This document shows positions 1 to 9,788 of a stretch of DNA of 64,000 nt, piece by piece. Numbering within the stretch: position 1 is the first letter of the stretch; each line of letters begins with the position of its first letter. Both the position numbers and the translations under genes were made by a program. The notes under the pieces are model-generated. The model was not told the origin of the DNA. It saw nothing but the letters and a program-made list of their open reading frames with translations, and did not search any database. Source of the stretch: an uncultured cyanobacterium (lineage in GTDB: Bacteria; Cyanobacteriota; Cyanobacteriia; PCC-6307; Cyanobiaceae); contig CAVXWZ010000008.1 of the NCBI GenBank assembly GCA_963765575.1, positions 32,001-96,000 on the forward strand, in the 5' to 3' direction.

Positions 1-2572
1 ACTCCGATCGGCTGGGCCGTGTTGCTCACCAGCAGTTGGTCCTGCTCCAGCCGGAGACCCTGGCGAGCCAGGGTCTGGGCCGCCAGCTCGGCGCTGATCT
101 CCAGGTCGTGGTCCTGGTGGGCCGCCAGCTCCACCAGCTCGCCGATGGTGCGGGTCACGGTGCGATCGGCGCACTCCACCCTGGCGGGGTACTGCAGGAT
201 CATCTGCAGGCAGCGCTGCTCATCGGCCAGCTCGGTGCTCTGGCTGTAGCTCTCCCACTCGTGGGAAGCGATGCAGAGCTCGGCCTCCGCTTCTGTGGGG
301 GCGACATCACTGAGCAGTGACCAGGCGCCCGCCAGCAGGGTGCCGTACTGATCGCCGAGGCGCTGGGAGTCGAAATGCCGCGCCGCCGCGCGGGTGAACA
401 CCCCGGCGGCCTGACGGATCATCGGGATCAGGCCCACGGTGCGGGCGATCAGCCGCCGGCCCAGCTCTGGGGTGATGTGGCGCTCGAGGTCCCGATCCAA
501 CCCAGCCCAGTGGGCCTCGCGTTCGGCTTTGGGCAGATCGGCGGGGTTGCGCAGGCTGAGCTGGGCAAAGCGGCTGTGGTCGGCCCCCTGCTTGAGGGCG
601 GTGGCGATCGAACTGAGCAGGAACATCGAGCGCACCCGATAGCGGCTCACCTCACCGCTGGGAGAACCCTTGAGCAGGGCGGCGCCGCTCTCACTGCTGG
701 CCACCCGCGCCAACGCCAGGATGCCCTGCATGCGCTGCTGATCCGGCCGCTCGTTGCTCTCGGCCTCGTCAAACACCACCGGCACCGCATCGGAGCCGAT
801 CGACTGGCGCAGCCCCGCTTCTGTGGTGGAACCGCTCACCAGCAGGGCGAAGTCGCCCAGCAGGGGGGTGACGTAGCGATCGAGGATGGCGCTCTTGCCG
901 GAACCGGCGCCGGCGGTGAGCCAGATGTGGGGTCGCCAGCGCAGCGAGCCGCAGATCGGGCCCAGCACCACCCAGCCCACCAGCAGGGTGCCGGAGGCCG
1001 GCACATCCCAGCGGAAGCGGTTGGCGATGCTCAACGATCACCGCCGCCTCCTGCACCGAAAGCGGTGCCACATCACCGGGCCCATCAAGGCGTGACATGC
1101 GCTGATAGACGAACCGCGAGCGATAGGGGGCCGTGATCGGCTGATCACCGTCCGGGGTGACCAGGCGATCACCGAGATGCAGCAGCGGCCGGCCGTCGTC
1201 CCACCAGGCCCCGCGGCCGCGGATGCGCTCCGGGCAGAAGAGGCCGGCGGCGATCGAGCGCTCGTAGAGGTCGCTGGCCACCGCCGCCCAGTTCACCCCC
1301 GTGCGGCTGGGGTAGAGGGTTTCCCAGTGGGCCAGCGGTGCCAGGGCCACCAGGTGGGTGGCGGTGTGGGCGGAGCGGGCCAGGCGCAGCACCTGGCCGC
1401 TGCGGCCGGAGCGGTAGTAGCTGGCCTCACCGTCGTAGCCGAGGCACTGAAACGGAGCCCTGGAGGGTGCGGTGGCCTGAGCCTCGGCTGCCGGCGTTGG
1501 GGTGTCGCCTGCCTCCTCTACCTCTATGCCGCTGAGCTGGTGATCCTCCGGGTTGAGCCATGGCTTCAGCCACTGCTGCAGGTGTTCGGCCGCCTGGGTG
1601 GAGCTCCAGTCGGCATCGGCCAGATCCCAACCCTGGGGCAGATCGGCTGGCGGTTCCACCAGCTGCAGCCGGCAGCCCTGCTCGGCGAGCAGAGCGGCCA
1701 GCCGCGTCATCGCCTTGCGGCCCGGTGCATCGGCATCGGGCCAGAGCGTCACCGATCGCCCCGCCAGCGGACTCCAGTCGGTCTTGGCGATGGCGTTGGT
1801 GCCGTTGACCCAGCTGATCACCACCTGCTCCGGGAAGAGAGCCGCCGCGGCATCGGCTGTGCCCTCACCCTCCACCACCAGCACCGAAGCGTTGGGACGT
1901 TGGCTCAGGCCCGCCAGGCCGTAGAGGGGCCTGGGCGCAGGCCACTCACATGAGAAGGGGTCGCGGCGGCTGGGCCGGTGCCAGCCACCATCGAGCCACA
2001 CCCGATGCAGGAAGGCCTTACGGCTGCTGCGGCCGCCAGCACAGGCGCTGGATCCAGAACAACTGCGCGCCGCTGGCGTCGCAGTAGCACCACTGGGCGA
2101 TGGCGCCTTGAGCCAGGGCAGGCGGCGAGGCATCGGCTGGCGGCACCTCGGGTTGGCGCCAGGGCCGGCCGCCATGGCCGGGAAGCCCAGTCGCTGCAGC
2201 TGGTGCTGCTGCCGGCCTGCCGCAGGAGCCGTTGGCAGAGGCAGCGGGCTGGGGGCGGTGACGGACATCCGCTTCCGGCACCAGGCCCAGGTAGCTCTCC
2301 ACCTCCTGGCAGGCCTGGCGGAAGCTCCAGTGGCGCACCCGCATCAGCAGGTCCATCCCCGAGCCAGCGCCGCCCAGGTGGTTTTTGCCGCCGCACTGGT
2401 TGCAGAACCAGGAACCGCTGCCGTCTTTGTCGTCAAAGCGGTAGCGATCCCGGCCGCCGCAGATGGGGCAGGGCTGATGGCGGTTGCACAGCTGCTCGGG
2501 CCGCAGCCCGGCCAGAGCGCTGAGGATCTCGCACCAGCGGCCCGTAGCCGCGGTGATCAGGTCGGTTGCCAT
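1..2572 (-). CDS. Primase-helicase (Zn-ribbon + TOPRIM + AAA+ P-loop); frameshifts near 2045 and 1034; runs off the left edge
   Basis: CPICGGRDRYRF..WFCNQC zinc ribbon; VVEGE..WPDAD TOPRIM; third frame read by hand gives AGAGSGKS (Walker A), VVFDEAE (Walker B) and DHSRF. Confidence 0.85.
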
Positions 2573-2587
2573 GGGTGTCGCCTCAGA

Positions 2588-2785
2588 TCAGCGCTGGGCA
2601 GCGACCGTGGCCAGGAGAGCCGGGGAAGGCCCACCGGCACCCCCCTGCTCCGCGGCGATGGTGGCATCGAGCACCTGCCGTAGCGCCGCCGAGCGGCTGA
2701 GGGCGCCGTGGCGGCGACGCTGGTCAAGCCAAGCCAACTGCTCCTCGGTGATCGAGAAGCTCAGAGGTGGAGCAAAGGAAGCCAT
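2588..2785 (-). CDS. Small ribbon-helix-helix (CopG-like) DNA-binding protein
   Basis: 65 aa; LSFSITEEQLAWLD..SRSAALRQVLD fits the RHH pattern; directly upstream of the primase. Confidence 0.65.
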   Translation of the reverse strand: MASFAPPLSFSITEEQLAWLDQRRRHGALSRSAALRQVLDATIAAEQGGAGGPSPALLATVAAQR

Positions 2786-2888
2786 ATCAGCTAGGAATCT
2801 GCAGTGCAGCCTAAGGGCACAGGGCAAGGCTTGATAACCTGAACCTTGCTGAGCGGCGCGTCTCAGTGCCAAGCCTGTCGTTCCCTCC

Positions 2889-4351
2889 ATGGCCCAGATC
2901 GTCCTGCGCGACTACCAGCAACACCTGCTCGCCGATCTCCGCGCCGCCCTCAGAGACCCACCGGCGGGTCTGCGCTGTCATGCCCACCGGCGCCGGCAAG
3001 GGCCAGACGATCGGCGCGATCGCCCGCGGCGCTGCCGGCAAGGGCCGGCGGGTGCTGGTGCTGGCCCACCGGGCTGAGCTGATCGAGCAGCTCACCGGCA
3101 CCGTGCGGGCCTGGGGGCTGGAGCCCGACGTGATCGCCCCCGGCCACCGGCTGCAGGGCCGGCAGGTCGCCGTGGGCTCGGTGCAGACCGTGGCCCGGCG
3201 CCTGGCCCAGCTGCCGCCGCCGGATCTGATCATTCAGGACGAGGCCCACCACCTGGTGGCCGGCAACATCTGGGGCCGGATCATCAACGCCTGGCCAGGC
3301 GCCCATCTGATCGGCAAGACCGCCACCCCCGAGCGGCTCGATGGCAAAGGGTTGGGCGTGGAGGCCGGCGGCTTCTTTGAAGCCTTGGTGCTGGGGCCTT
3401 CAGCGGCCTGGCTGGTGGAGCAGGGCTGGCTGGCCCGGCCCAAAGTCTTCTCCTGGCCAGGCGCCCGCAACAGCCAGGGGCATAGCCCCGGGGGGCAGGA
3501 CCCCGAGGGGCATAGCCCCGAACTCCGCCAGCGGATGGGGGAGTTCGATCTCGAGCAGGCGGCCCACGCCTTTGGGAATCGGGCCGCCATCGGCGATGCC
3601 GTCTCGCATTACCGGCGCCGGCTGCACCCGGCCACGGCCATCTGCTTCTGCTGCACCATCGAGCATGCCGAGCAAATGGCGACTGCGTTCCGTGCCGATG
3701 GCATCCGGGCTGCGGCGGTGAGCGGCAGCACCCCCGCCGAGGAGAGGAGGCGCCTGATCGCCGGGCTGGGCACGGGTGAGGTGGAGGTTCTCACCAGCTG
3801 CATGATCATTTCCGAGGGCACCGACATCCCCTCGGTGGGCGGCGCGATCCTGATGCGCCCCACCGCCAGCCTCAGCCTCTATCTGCAGATGGTCGGCCGC
3901 GCCCTGCGGCCCGCACCCGGCAAGCACGAGGCGGTGATCCTCGATCATGTCGGCAACGCCCACCGCCATGGCCTGCCCACCGATGAGCGGCAGTGGAACC
4001 TGGCCGGAAGGCGGCGCCGGGAAGGTGTCTCCATCCCGATCAAGGACTGCCCGCTCTGTTTCTGCAGTTGTCCCAGTGCTGCGCAGGTGTGCCCGGACTG
4101 CGGCCACCTGTTCCTGACCGAGCGAGCGCGATGAGCAGCGGCGCGGGATCCAGCAACTGGAGGGCGAGCTGGTTGAAGTCAAGGGAGCAGCCCGCCACCG
4201 GCCCCAATCCAACCAGCAGCAGAGGCCCCGGCGCACGCACCCAGCAGCCGGCTGCCGCACCTTCGAGCAGCTGCTGGAGCGGGAGCACGAGCGGGGCTAC
4301 AAGAGCGGCTGGGCCAGGCATGTGTGGGCGGCCAGGCAGCGAAGTACTTAA
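2889..4351 (+). CDS. Phage-type SF2 (DEAH) helicase with C-terminal Zn ribbon; frameshifts near 2955 and 4128
   Basis: LRDYQ Q-motif, PTGAGK, DEAHH, TATP, QMVGRALR, CPLC..CPDC; final frame ends GYKSGWARHVWAARQRST*. Confidence 0.85.
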
Positions 4352-4794
4352 TCCCTGACTGGCTTGCCGCCTGCTCCCAGGAGTTCAGCCTCCAGGCCCA
4401 GCTGTTGGGCCGCGGCCACAAACGGAGCATCCAGGCTGCAGAGGGTGGCGCCACGGCCGCTGGCGATGGCCAGGTGCAAGGCGTCGGCCGCTCGCAGGGA
4501 CGTGCTCCAGCCGCGCAGGCAGGCGTTGGCATTGCGGAAGTCCTGCGACTCCAGTTCCAGCACCAGCAGGCCCGGCGCCAGGCTGCGCTCATAACCCTGC
4601 AGCACCGCCTCGGCTTGGGCCTGGGTTAGGGCCTTGGTGCGCACCTTCAGGCCGAGGGCGGAATGCAGCTCAGTGACACTCCATGAGCTGATCGCCAGCG
4701 GTGCACTGGCCTCAGCGAGAAACGCCGTCGCCGTGGCGGAATGCGCTTCCGGCGTCAGCACCGCCAGCAGCACGCAAGTGTCGATGTAGAGCAT
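4348..4794 (-). CDS. vapC: Type II TA toxin, VapC (PIN domain)
   Basis: MLYIDTCVL N-terminus, LRAADALHLAIA, SLD; coupled to the upstream antitoxin. Confidence 0.9.
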   Translation of the reverse strand: MLYIDTCVLLAVLTPEAHSATATAFLAEASAPLAISSWSVTELHSALGLKVRTKALTQAQAEAVLQGYERSLAPGLLVLELESQDFRNANACLRGWSTSLRAADALHLAIASGRGATLCSLDAPFVAAAQQLGLEAELLGAGGKPVRD

Positions 4795-5030
4795 CAGGCG
4801 CCGGGCTCATCCCGCAACGCCCGCATGGTCTCCACGCCGCTGGTCGGCTGCTCAGGCAAGGAGGCGCGCAGGGCCTCGAGTTGCGGCAGCAGATCACGGA
4901 CGCTGCAACGCGGCACCAGCTCGGCGATGGCCTTGCCGCGGCGGGTGATCACCACCGCCTGCCCAGCCTCCACCGCATCCAGAAGGCTGGAGAGCTGGGT
5001 CTTGGCTTCTGCCACCGTCACCTGCACCAT
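4794..5030 (-). CDS. Type II TA antitoxin, Phd/YefM family
   Basis: VTVAEAKTQLSSLLDAVEAGQAVVITRRGKAIAELVP. Confidence 0.9.
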   Translation of the reverse strand: MVQVTVAEAKTQLSSLLDAVEAGQAVVITRRGKAIAELVPRCSVRDLLPQLEALRASLPEQPTSGVETMRALRDEPGA

Positions 5031-5082
5031 GGCCGTTGACCACCTAGATGACCAACTCTAGGCCGGGTGCGCGGCACAGAAG

Positions 5083-5120
5083 CAGGGGGCATGGCCTTCT
5101 CCCAGCGAGCACGACAACCA
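5083..5120 (+). repeat. Diverged copy of the VRR-NUC gene 5' end (RBS and first codons; source 6763-6802)
   Basis: caggGggcAtggcctTct--cccagcgaGcacgaCaAcca vs caggAggcGtggcctCctcccccagcgaAcacgaGaTcca: 32/38 identical with one 2-nt gap. Confidence 0.75.
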
Positions 5121-5132
5121 ACCATCGACTCA

Positions 5133-5153
5133 GCCGCTCGTCAGCGCAGCACT
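5133..5153 (+). repeat. Diverged copy of the SF2 helicase 3' end (source 4328-4348)
   Basis: gcc gct cgt cag cgc agc act vs gcg gcc agg cag cga agt act: both encode AARQRST and all 6 differences are synonymous. Confidence 0.7.
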
Positions 5154-5193
5154 TGCTCCCTACTGGGATGGCTACGCGCGGTCAGAGGCCTTA

Positions 5194-5218
5194 GCACTGA
5201 CAGCATTGCCGTCAGCGC
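5194..5218. promoter_or_regulatory. Inverted-repeat operator candidate upstream of the FitA-like antitoxin
   Basis: GCACTGAC-N9-GTCAGCGC, imperfect inverted repeat just upstream of the ATG. Confidence 0.45.
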
Positions 5219-5233
5219 AAGCGAGAGTCGTCA

Positions 5234-5470
5234 ATGACCACGCTCACGATCCGCAACCTCGACGAGCACACCAAGGAGCAGCTGCGCATTCAGGCCGCCC
5301 GCCATGGTCGATCGATGGAGGAGGAAGCCCGCACGATCCTCCGCTCCGCCCTCGAAGCCCGGCAGCCCCCCGCAGGTGGCAAGGGCCTGGGCAGTCGCAT
5401 CCATGCACACTTCGCCCTGCTCGGCGGCGTGGAGCTGGAGCTGACTGAGTCCTCCTCGCCAACCCTTTAA
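5234..5470 (+). CDS. FitA/StbC-like RHH antitoxin (orphan, no toxin follows)
   Basis: MTTLTIRNLDEHTKEQLRIQAARHGRSMEEEARTIL; its end runs into the convergent GNAT gene. Confidence 0.85.
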   Translation: MTTLTIRNLDEHTKEQLRIQAARHGRSMEEEARTILRSALEARQPPAGGKGLGSRIHAHFALLGGVELELTESSSPTL

Positions 5471-5967
5471 CCGCCGGCGATGCCCTGCAGATCCTTGAGC
5501 AGCACGAACAGGTGCAGCGGGTCAGTGGGCGAGGGCCGGAAGCCGAAATGCTCGTAGAAACCTCGGGCCCGTTCATCTTTGGCATGCACCGCCATGGCGC
5601 GGATGCCGGCGATATCGGCCGCCGCCAGCGTCCGAACGATCGCGTCTTTCAGCAAGGCGGCGCCAAGGCCCTTCCCCTGGTGCTCAACCGCCACGGCCAG
5701 CCGGGCCAGCACCATCAGCGGAATCGGATGCCGCGCCAACCCCTTGCTGATCCGCTCTGGTGCCTGCTCTGGACTCACCTCACCTACCACCAGGGTGTGG
5801 AAGCCAACGACGACGTTGCCATCCAGCGCCACGTAGGTGCGGCTGGCCCGCGCTCGCTGATTCGCCAGGGCAAAGCGGACCAGGAAGCGGTTCAGGGGTT
5901 CCTCACCACAATCAAAGGCCTCCAAGGCATGGTTGGCCTGGAGCGGTTCGATCCGGTAGCGGCTCAC
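5467..5967 (-). CDS. GNAT acetyltransferase toxin (AtaT/TacT-like)
   Basis: FDCGEEPLNRFL, LARLAV..QGKGLG, VHAKDERARGFYEHFGF; GTG start overlaps the antitoxin stop. Confidence 0.9.
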   Translation of the reverse strand: MSRYRIEPLQANHALEAFDCGEEPLNRFLVRFALANQRARASRTYVALDGNVVVGFHTLVVGEVSPEQAPERISKGLARHPIPLMVLARLAVAVEHQGKGLGAALLKDAIVRTLAAADIAGIRAMAVHAKDERARGFYEHFGFRPSPTDPLHLFVLLKDLQGIAGG

Positions 5968-6278
5968 TCGGCGCCACCAGCAGGCGGCTGTTCCGCAACA
6001 CCCCGCTCCAGCACGCTCGGCTCCAGCAGCAACCGCGCCAGCCGCGGATGCTGCTGGGGTGGAGCATCCAGGGCGGCCACGAAAGCCTCCCACTGCTGCC
6101 CATCGAGCTGGAAGCTCTGCCGATCAGCCAGGGTTTCGGCCGCGCTGGCCAGGGCGCTCTCCAACACAAACTCACTCACGCTGCACTGGGCCGCCGCGGC
6201 TGCCCGCTGCAGGGTCTGCTTGGCACCGGGCGTCAGCCGCAGGTCAAGCTTCTCGCTTCTCAAAGGAGCTGAGGTCAT
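5964..6278 (-). CDS. DUF1778 (TacA/AtaR-like) antitoxin
   Basis: RSEKLDLRLTPGAKQTLQRAA..SVSEFVLESA..WEAFVAALDAPP. Confidence 0.9.
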   Translation of the reverse strand: MTSAPLRSEKLDLRLTPGAKQTLQRAAAAAQCSVSEFVLESALASAAETLADRQSFQLDGQQWEAFVAALDAPPQQHPRLARLLLEPSVLERGVAEQPPAGGAE

Positions 6279-6321
6279 CACGGCACCGTCTTCCGCCACC
6301 TTAGCCCTGCCCGCCCGACAA

Positions 6322-6331
6322 TGTCATGACA
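6322..6331. promoter_or_regulatory. Palindrome TGTCATGACA, probable operator for the DUF1778-GNAT module
   Basis: Perfect 10-bp palindrome in the divergent intergenic region. Confidence 0.4.
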
Positions 6332-6397
6332 ACTCCGCCGGTCCTTCACAGAATCGTCAGCAGCAATACGCTTTCACGGACTGGTAGCAGGAGCGCC

Positions 6398-6640
6398 ATG
6401 GCCTCCGTTTCAGCCGCAGAAGCCCGCAAGCGGCTCCACGCCCTGATTGACGAGGTGGAGCAGTCCCACGAGCCGGTGCTGATCATTGGGAAGCAGGGCA
6501 ACGCTGTTCTGCTGGGGGAAGATCACTGGCGCGCAATCTGGGAGACGCTCCATCTGGTCTCGATTCCCGGGATGCGCACGTCGATCCTCGATGGCATAGC
6601 CACCGAGGTGACTGAGTTGAGCCGAGAAGCGCTTTGGTGA
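6398..6640 (+). CDS. yefM: YefM-family antitoxin (orphan, yoeB absent)
   Basis: SAAEARKRLHALIDEV..HEPVLIIGKQGNAVLL..WETLHLVSIPGMRTSI; followed by a hairpin (6642-6673), not a toxin ORF. Confidence 0.85.
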   Translation: MASVSAAEARKRLHALIDEVEQSHEPVLIIGKQGNAVLLGEDHWRAIWETLHLVSIPGMRTSILDGIATEVTELSREALW

Positions 6641-6770
6641 CCTCGGTCGGCAGCAGCTGGCTGGCCGACCGAGCTATTGCCCGCCGAGGCAATTCGGCGA
6701 ATACCTGACACGTTTTGGCAAAACAGCCAATACCTGCCAATCGCTGACAACCAGCCCGGCAACAGGAGGC

Positions 6771-7149
6771 GTGGCCTCCTCCCCCAGCGAACACGAGATC
6801 CAGCAGCGCATCCGCCTGGCCTGCGGCCGCGGGGCGGTGCGGCTCTGGCGGAACAACACCGGCGGTCTGGTCGATCAGCAGGGGCGCTTCGTGCGCTTCG
6901 GGCTGTGCAGGGGCAGCAGCGACCTGATCGGCCTGCGGTCGCTGGAGGTGACGCCCGATCTGGTGGGTCAGCGGATCGCCCAGTTCGTCGCCCTGGAGAT
7001 CAAGACGCCCCATGGCGCCGTCAGCCCGTGAGCAGCGGGCGTTTCTGGAGCTGGTCGAGCAGCTCGGGGGTGTGGCGGCCGTCTGCCGCTCCGTCGAGGA
7101 GGCCGAGCAGGCGCTCGCCAAGAGGAGTCACACGCAGTCCTGCCGCTGA
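6771..7149 (+). CDS. VRR-NUC domain nuclease; frameshift near 7029
   Basis: SEHEIQQRI..RNNTG..GSSDLIG..FVALEIKT, continuing EQRAFLELVEQLGGVAAVCRS. Confidence 0.85.
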
Positions 7150-7328
7150 TGGATCCGGCGGAACTGCAGCGGCGGCTCAGGCGGCTGGCCCAGGCCCACC
7201 CCGGCGAGCACCCCTACACCCTGGCTTTGAGATTGCAGGTGGAGACAGGGAAGGTGATCACTGGCCAGCAGGCCAAGCACATCCTCAACAGGCTTGGTGA
7301 TGACCTGTCCAGACATACCAAGGCATGA
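7149..7328 (+). CDS. Small hypothetical protein, 59 aa (below the ORF track cut-off)
   Basis: MDPAELQRRLRRLAQAHPGEHPYTLALRLQVETGKVITGQQAKHILNRLGDDLSRHTKA; ATG overlaps the VRR-NUC TGA. Confidence 0.6.
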   Translation: MDPAELQRRLRRLAQAHPGEHPYTLALRLQVETGKVITGQQAKHILNRLGDDLSRHTKA

Positions 7329-7391
7329 CAGGCTCTGGCTGCGCTTGCCAAGTTTGTATTAGCTTCCCGCTAAGAACTCGGAATTCAGATC

Positions 7392-8112
7392 GTGGTCGTC
7401 ACCTACGCGGAGCTGCTTGAGCACCAGGAGGAGAACCGCGCATGCATTCGGTCGCATGCTGCTCAACTGGCGCCGGGGCAACGGTTGGACCCAGTACACC
7501 GCCTGCAGCTGGGCGGAAGAGGTGGGCTTCGAGACGATCTCCTACGGCAACCTCTCGGTGATCGAGCAGGGCAAGGCCGGCGAGCTGCGCCAGAAGGCTT
7601 TCTGGCAGCTGGGAGAACTCAACCGCCGCATCGCCGACCAGGACTGGGGCTCTGTGAAGGATCAGGCGATCAAGGAGAAGCTCGAGGGCGCCGTTCCTCT
7701 CGGGGACAACGACTGCCCGGTCTGGACGCCGCTGGAGTTCTGGGCCTGCTACTGCGGTCTGCGCGAGGTGCCGGATGCCTTCCGCACCACACCGGCCCCC
7801 ACCATCGGCCAGCGCAAGGCCACGGAGCTCTCGAGCAAGTGGCGCAACCAGATGCGCCGCGTGGTCGACGAGTGCGGTCTCGAACCCAGCGACGCCCTCA
7901 ACTCCCTGGCGGCAGAAGCCAGCGAGGAGCACCGCAAACGCTTCTATGCGGTCCTCACGGGTTTTGGCGACTACAAGCCCGAGGAGCTCGCTCCCCTCTG
8001 GATCGAGGGGGACTCGTATCAGCCCAAGCGCTGGCTGGACCAATGGGAGGCCGCGAACCGCCAGCCACGCAAACCCGGCAGCCGCAAGGGCAAGAAGCCA
8101 GTCTCGGCCTGA
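7392..8112 (+). CDS. Putative XRE-type HTH regulator; probable frameshift near 7440
   Basis: AFGRMLLNWRRGNGWTQ..ISYGNLSVIEQGK resembles an XRE HTH. Confidence 0.55.
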
Positions 8113-8202
8113 TGGCTAGGAATTAACAGCCGCTACTCATGCGGCTTCCAGCGGAAAGCCCTAAGATCCGGATCAGCGGGCAACCGCCCGATCTGATTCC
8201 CC

Positions 8203-8960
8203 ATGGTCACACCGTCCAGGCCCTTGGAGGCCCAGTGTCATCACCCCCCTGAGCAACAGCTCACCCACGCCCTGGCCTGCTTTCAGGCCGAGGTATCCGC
8301 CATCTCCTCCCCCGACCTGGGCGCCGTCGCGGAAGCTGCCCGACCTGCCTTCCGCCAGGGCATCGGCTGGTTCGCCCAACTGGGCGAGCAGCACGGCCGG
8401 CCCAGGCTGCAGGTCACGGTGAGGCATGCAGCGGGTGCCGAGCTCAGCAGCGAGGCCTGGGCCGATGAGCCCAGCGCTCTGTCGGACATGACCGGCTTGA
8501 TGCTGGCCATGCTGCTGGGCATTCCCGTGTCCGCCCAGGCTAGGGCTGCAAAGCTCTGTTCTGATGTGGAGCAATGCGTGGCCGACAAGCCTGAAGGCCC
8601 GCTGGTGCCTGCGGATCGGCCGGAGCCCGATGGCGAGTCGGAAGCACCAGACCAGCACACCCAGGCGCTGTCCAGGCCCAGGCCAGCAGTGGTGGCACCC
8701 CCGATGGGAGCGGCGATCCAGCCTTACTTCCCCTGACGCCGGAGGAGATCAGCGGCTATCACCGCCGCGTGCTGGATCTGCCGCAGGCCTCCCGCCGGGA
8801 GCTCACCCATGCGTTCCGCGAGCACTTCCAGGTGCCGCGCAGCGCCCGCTCGATCGGTGATCGCATCACCCAGCGCCAGCACGGCGACTTCATCGAGCGC
8901 TTCCTCGAGGAGGTCCAGGGCCAGGCGCTGGAGAACGTTCCCTCGCCGCCAGCCGCATGA
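8203..8960 (+). CDS. ERF-like single-strand annealing protein candidate; frameshift near 8725
   Basis: LTHALACFQAEV..DLGAVAEAARPAFRQGIGWFAQ..LQVTVRHAAGAELSS resembles the ERF N-domain; lies next to an SSB. Confidence 0.45.
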
Positions 8961-9202
8961 GCAGCAGCCATCGTCCCAGGCCTCCCCGTCGCTATGGGGA
9001 GCAGCCCCGCTCAGTGGCCGGCCGCCACTTCATCCAGACCCAGGTGCGCACCGACGTCTACCTGCGCATCCGCGAGCTGATGGAGGCCCGCAACCTCTCA
9101 GCCAGCGGAGCGGTGCACCACCTGCTGAGGGAGCGCTTTGGCCTGCCACCGCTTCCTCCCTTCGATCAAGACCCCATGTCGACCGATTCACCCCATGGCT
9201 AA
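8957..9202 (+). CDS. Small hypothetical DNA-binding (RHH-like) protein
   Basis: IQTQVRTDVYLRIRELMEARNLSASGAVHHLLRE; ATGA overlap with the upstream gene. Confidence 0.5.
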   Translation: MSSSHRPRPPRRYGEQPRSVAGRHFIQTQVRTDVYLRIRELMEARNLSASGAVHHLLRERFGLPPLPPFDQDPMSTDSPHG

Positions 9203-9788
9203 AGACCTGTTTCGCACGCCCCTCGCCCCGGTGCGCTGGGCCCACCTGATCACCCCCCGCCATCAGCTCGATCGGAGCAAGCCGCTGGCCTGGACCTGTG
9301 ATCTGCTCCTTCCCAACGCCGACGAGAAGGCCCAGGCCTTTCTGCTGGCGATGGAGGACCAGTTCATCGCCCTGCACGGCAGCCGTAAGCGCCGGGCGGA
9401 GAAGGGCTTCCCCTGGAAGGCCGACAAGGACAAGCCCAGCGAGCTCACCGTGGTGCGCTTCAAGATCCCGCAGTTCCAGCGGCGCGACGGCTCCCTCTCG
9501 GAAGGGCCCCGCATCGTCGATGCCAAGAAGCAGCCCTGGGATGGGGCCGCCATCGGCAACGGCTCGAAGGTGATCGTCGCTTTCGACATCTACGACTGGG
9601 ACGGCGAGAACGGCTGCGGCATGACCTTCCAGCCCAGGGCCGTCCAGGTGGTCGAGTTCGTGCCCTACGAGCAGGTCGATCCCACCGACGGCTTCGACGA
9701 GCTGGATGGCTACTCCGCGGCCAGTGCTCCAGCCGGCTCCGGCTCCAGCGGCTGGGCCGCCGATGTCGACGAGGAGGCACCGTTCTGA
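9195..9788 (+). CDS. T7 gp2.5-like ssDNA-binding protein
   Basis: FRTP..RWAHL, PRIVDAK..IGNGSKV, AVQVVEF; acidic tail ending DEEAPF. Confidence 0.8.
   Translation: MAKDLFRTPLAPVRWAHLITPRHQLDRSKPLAWTCDLLLPNADEKAQAFLLAMEDQFIALHGSRKRRAEKGFPWKADKDKPSELTVVRFKIPQFQRRDGSLSEGPRIVDAKKQPWDGAAIGNGSKVIVAFDIYDWDGENGCGMTFQPRAVQVVEFVPYEQVDPTDGFDELDGYSAASAPAGSGSSGWAADVDEEAPF

Noticed and set aside
6354..6367. Possible third helicase-end remnant (tcgtcagcagcaat) before yefM
   Set aside because: It needs a 2-nt gap and is too short to separate from chance.
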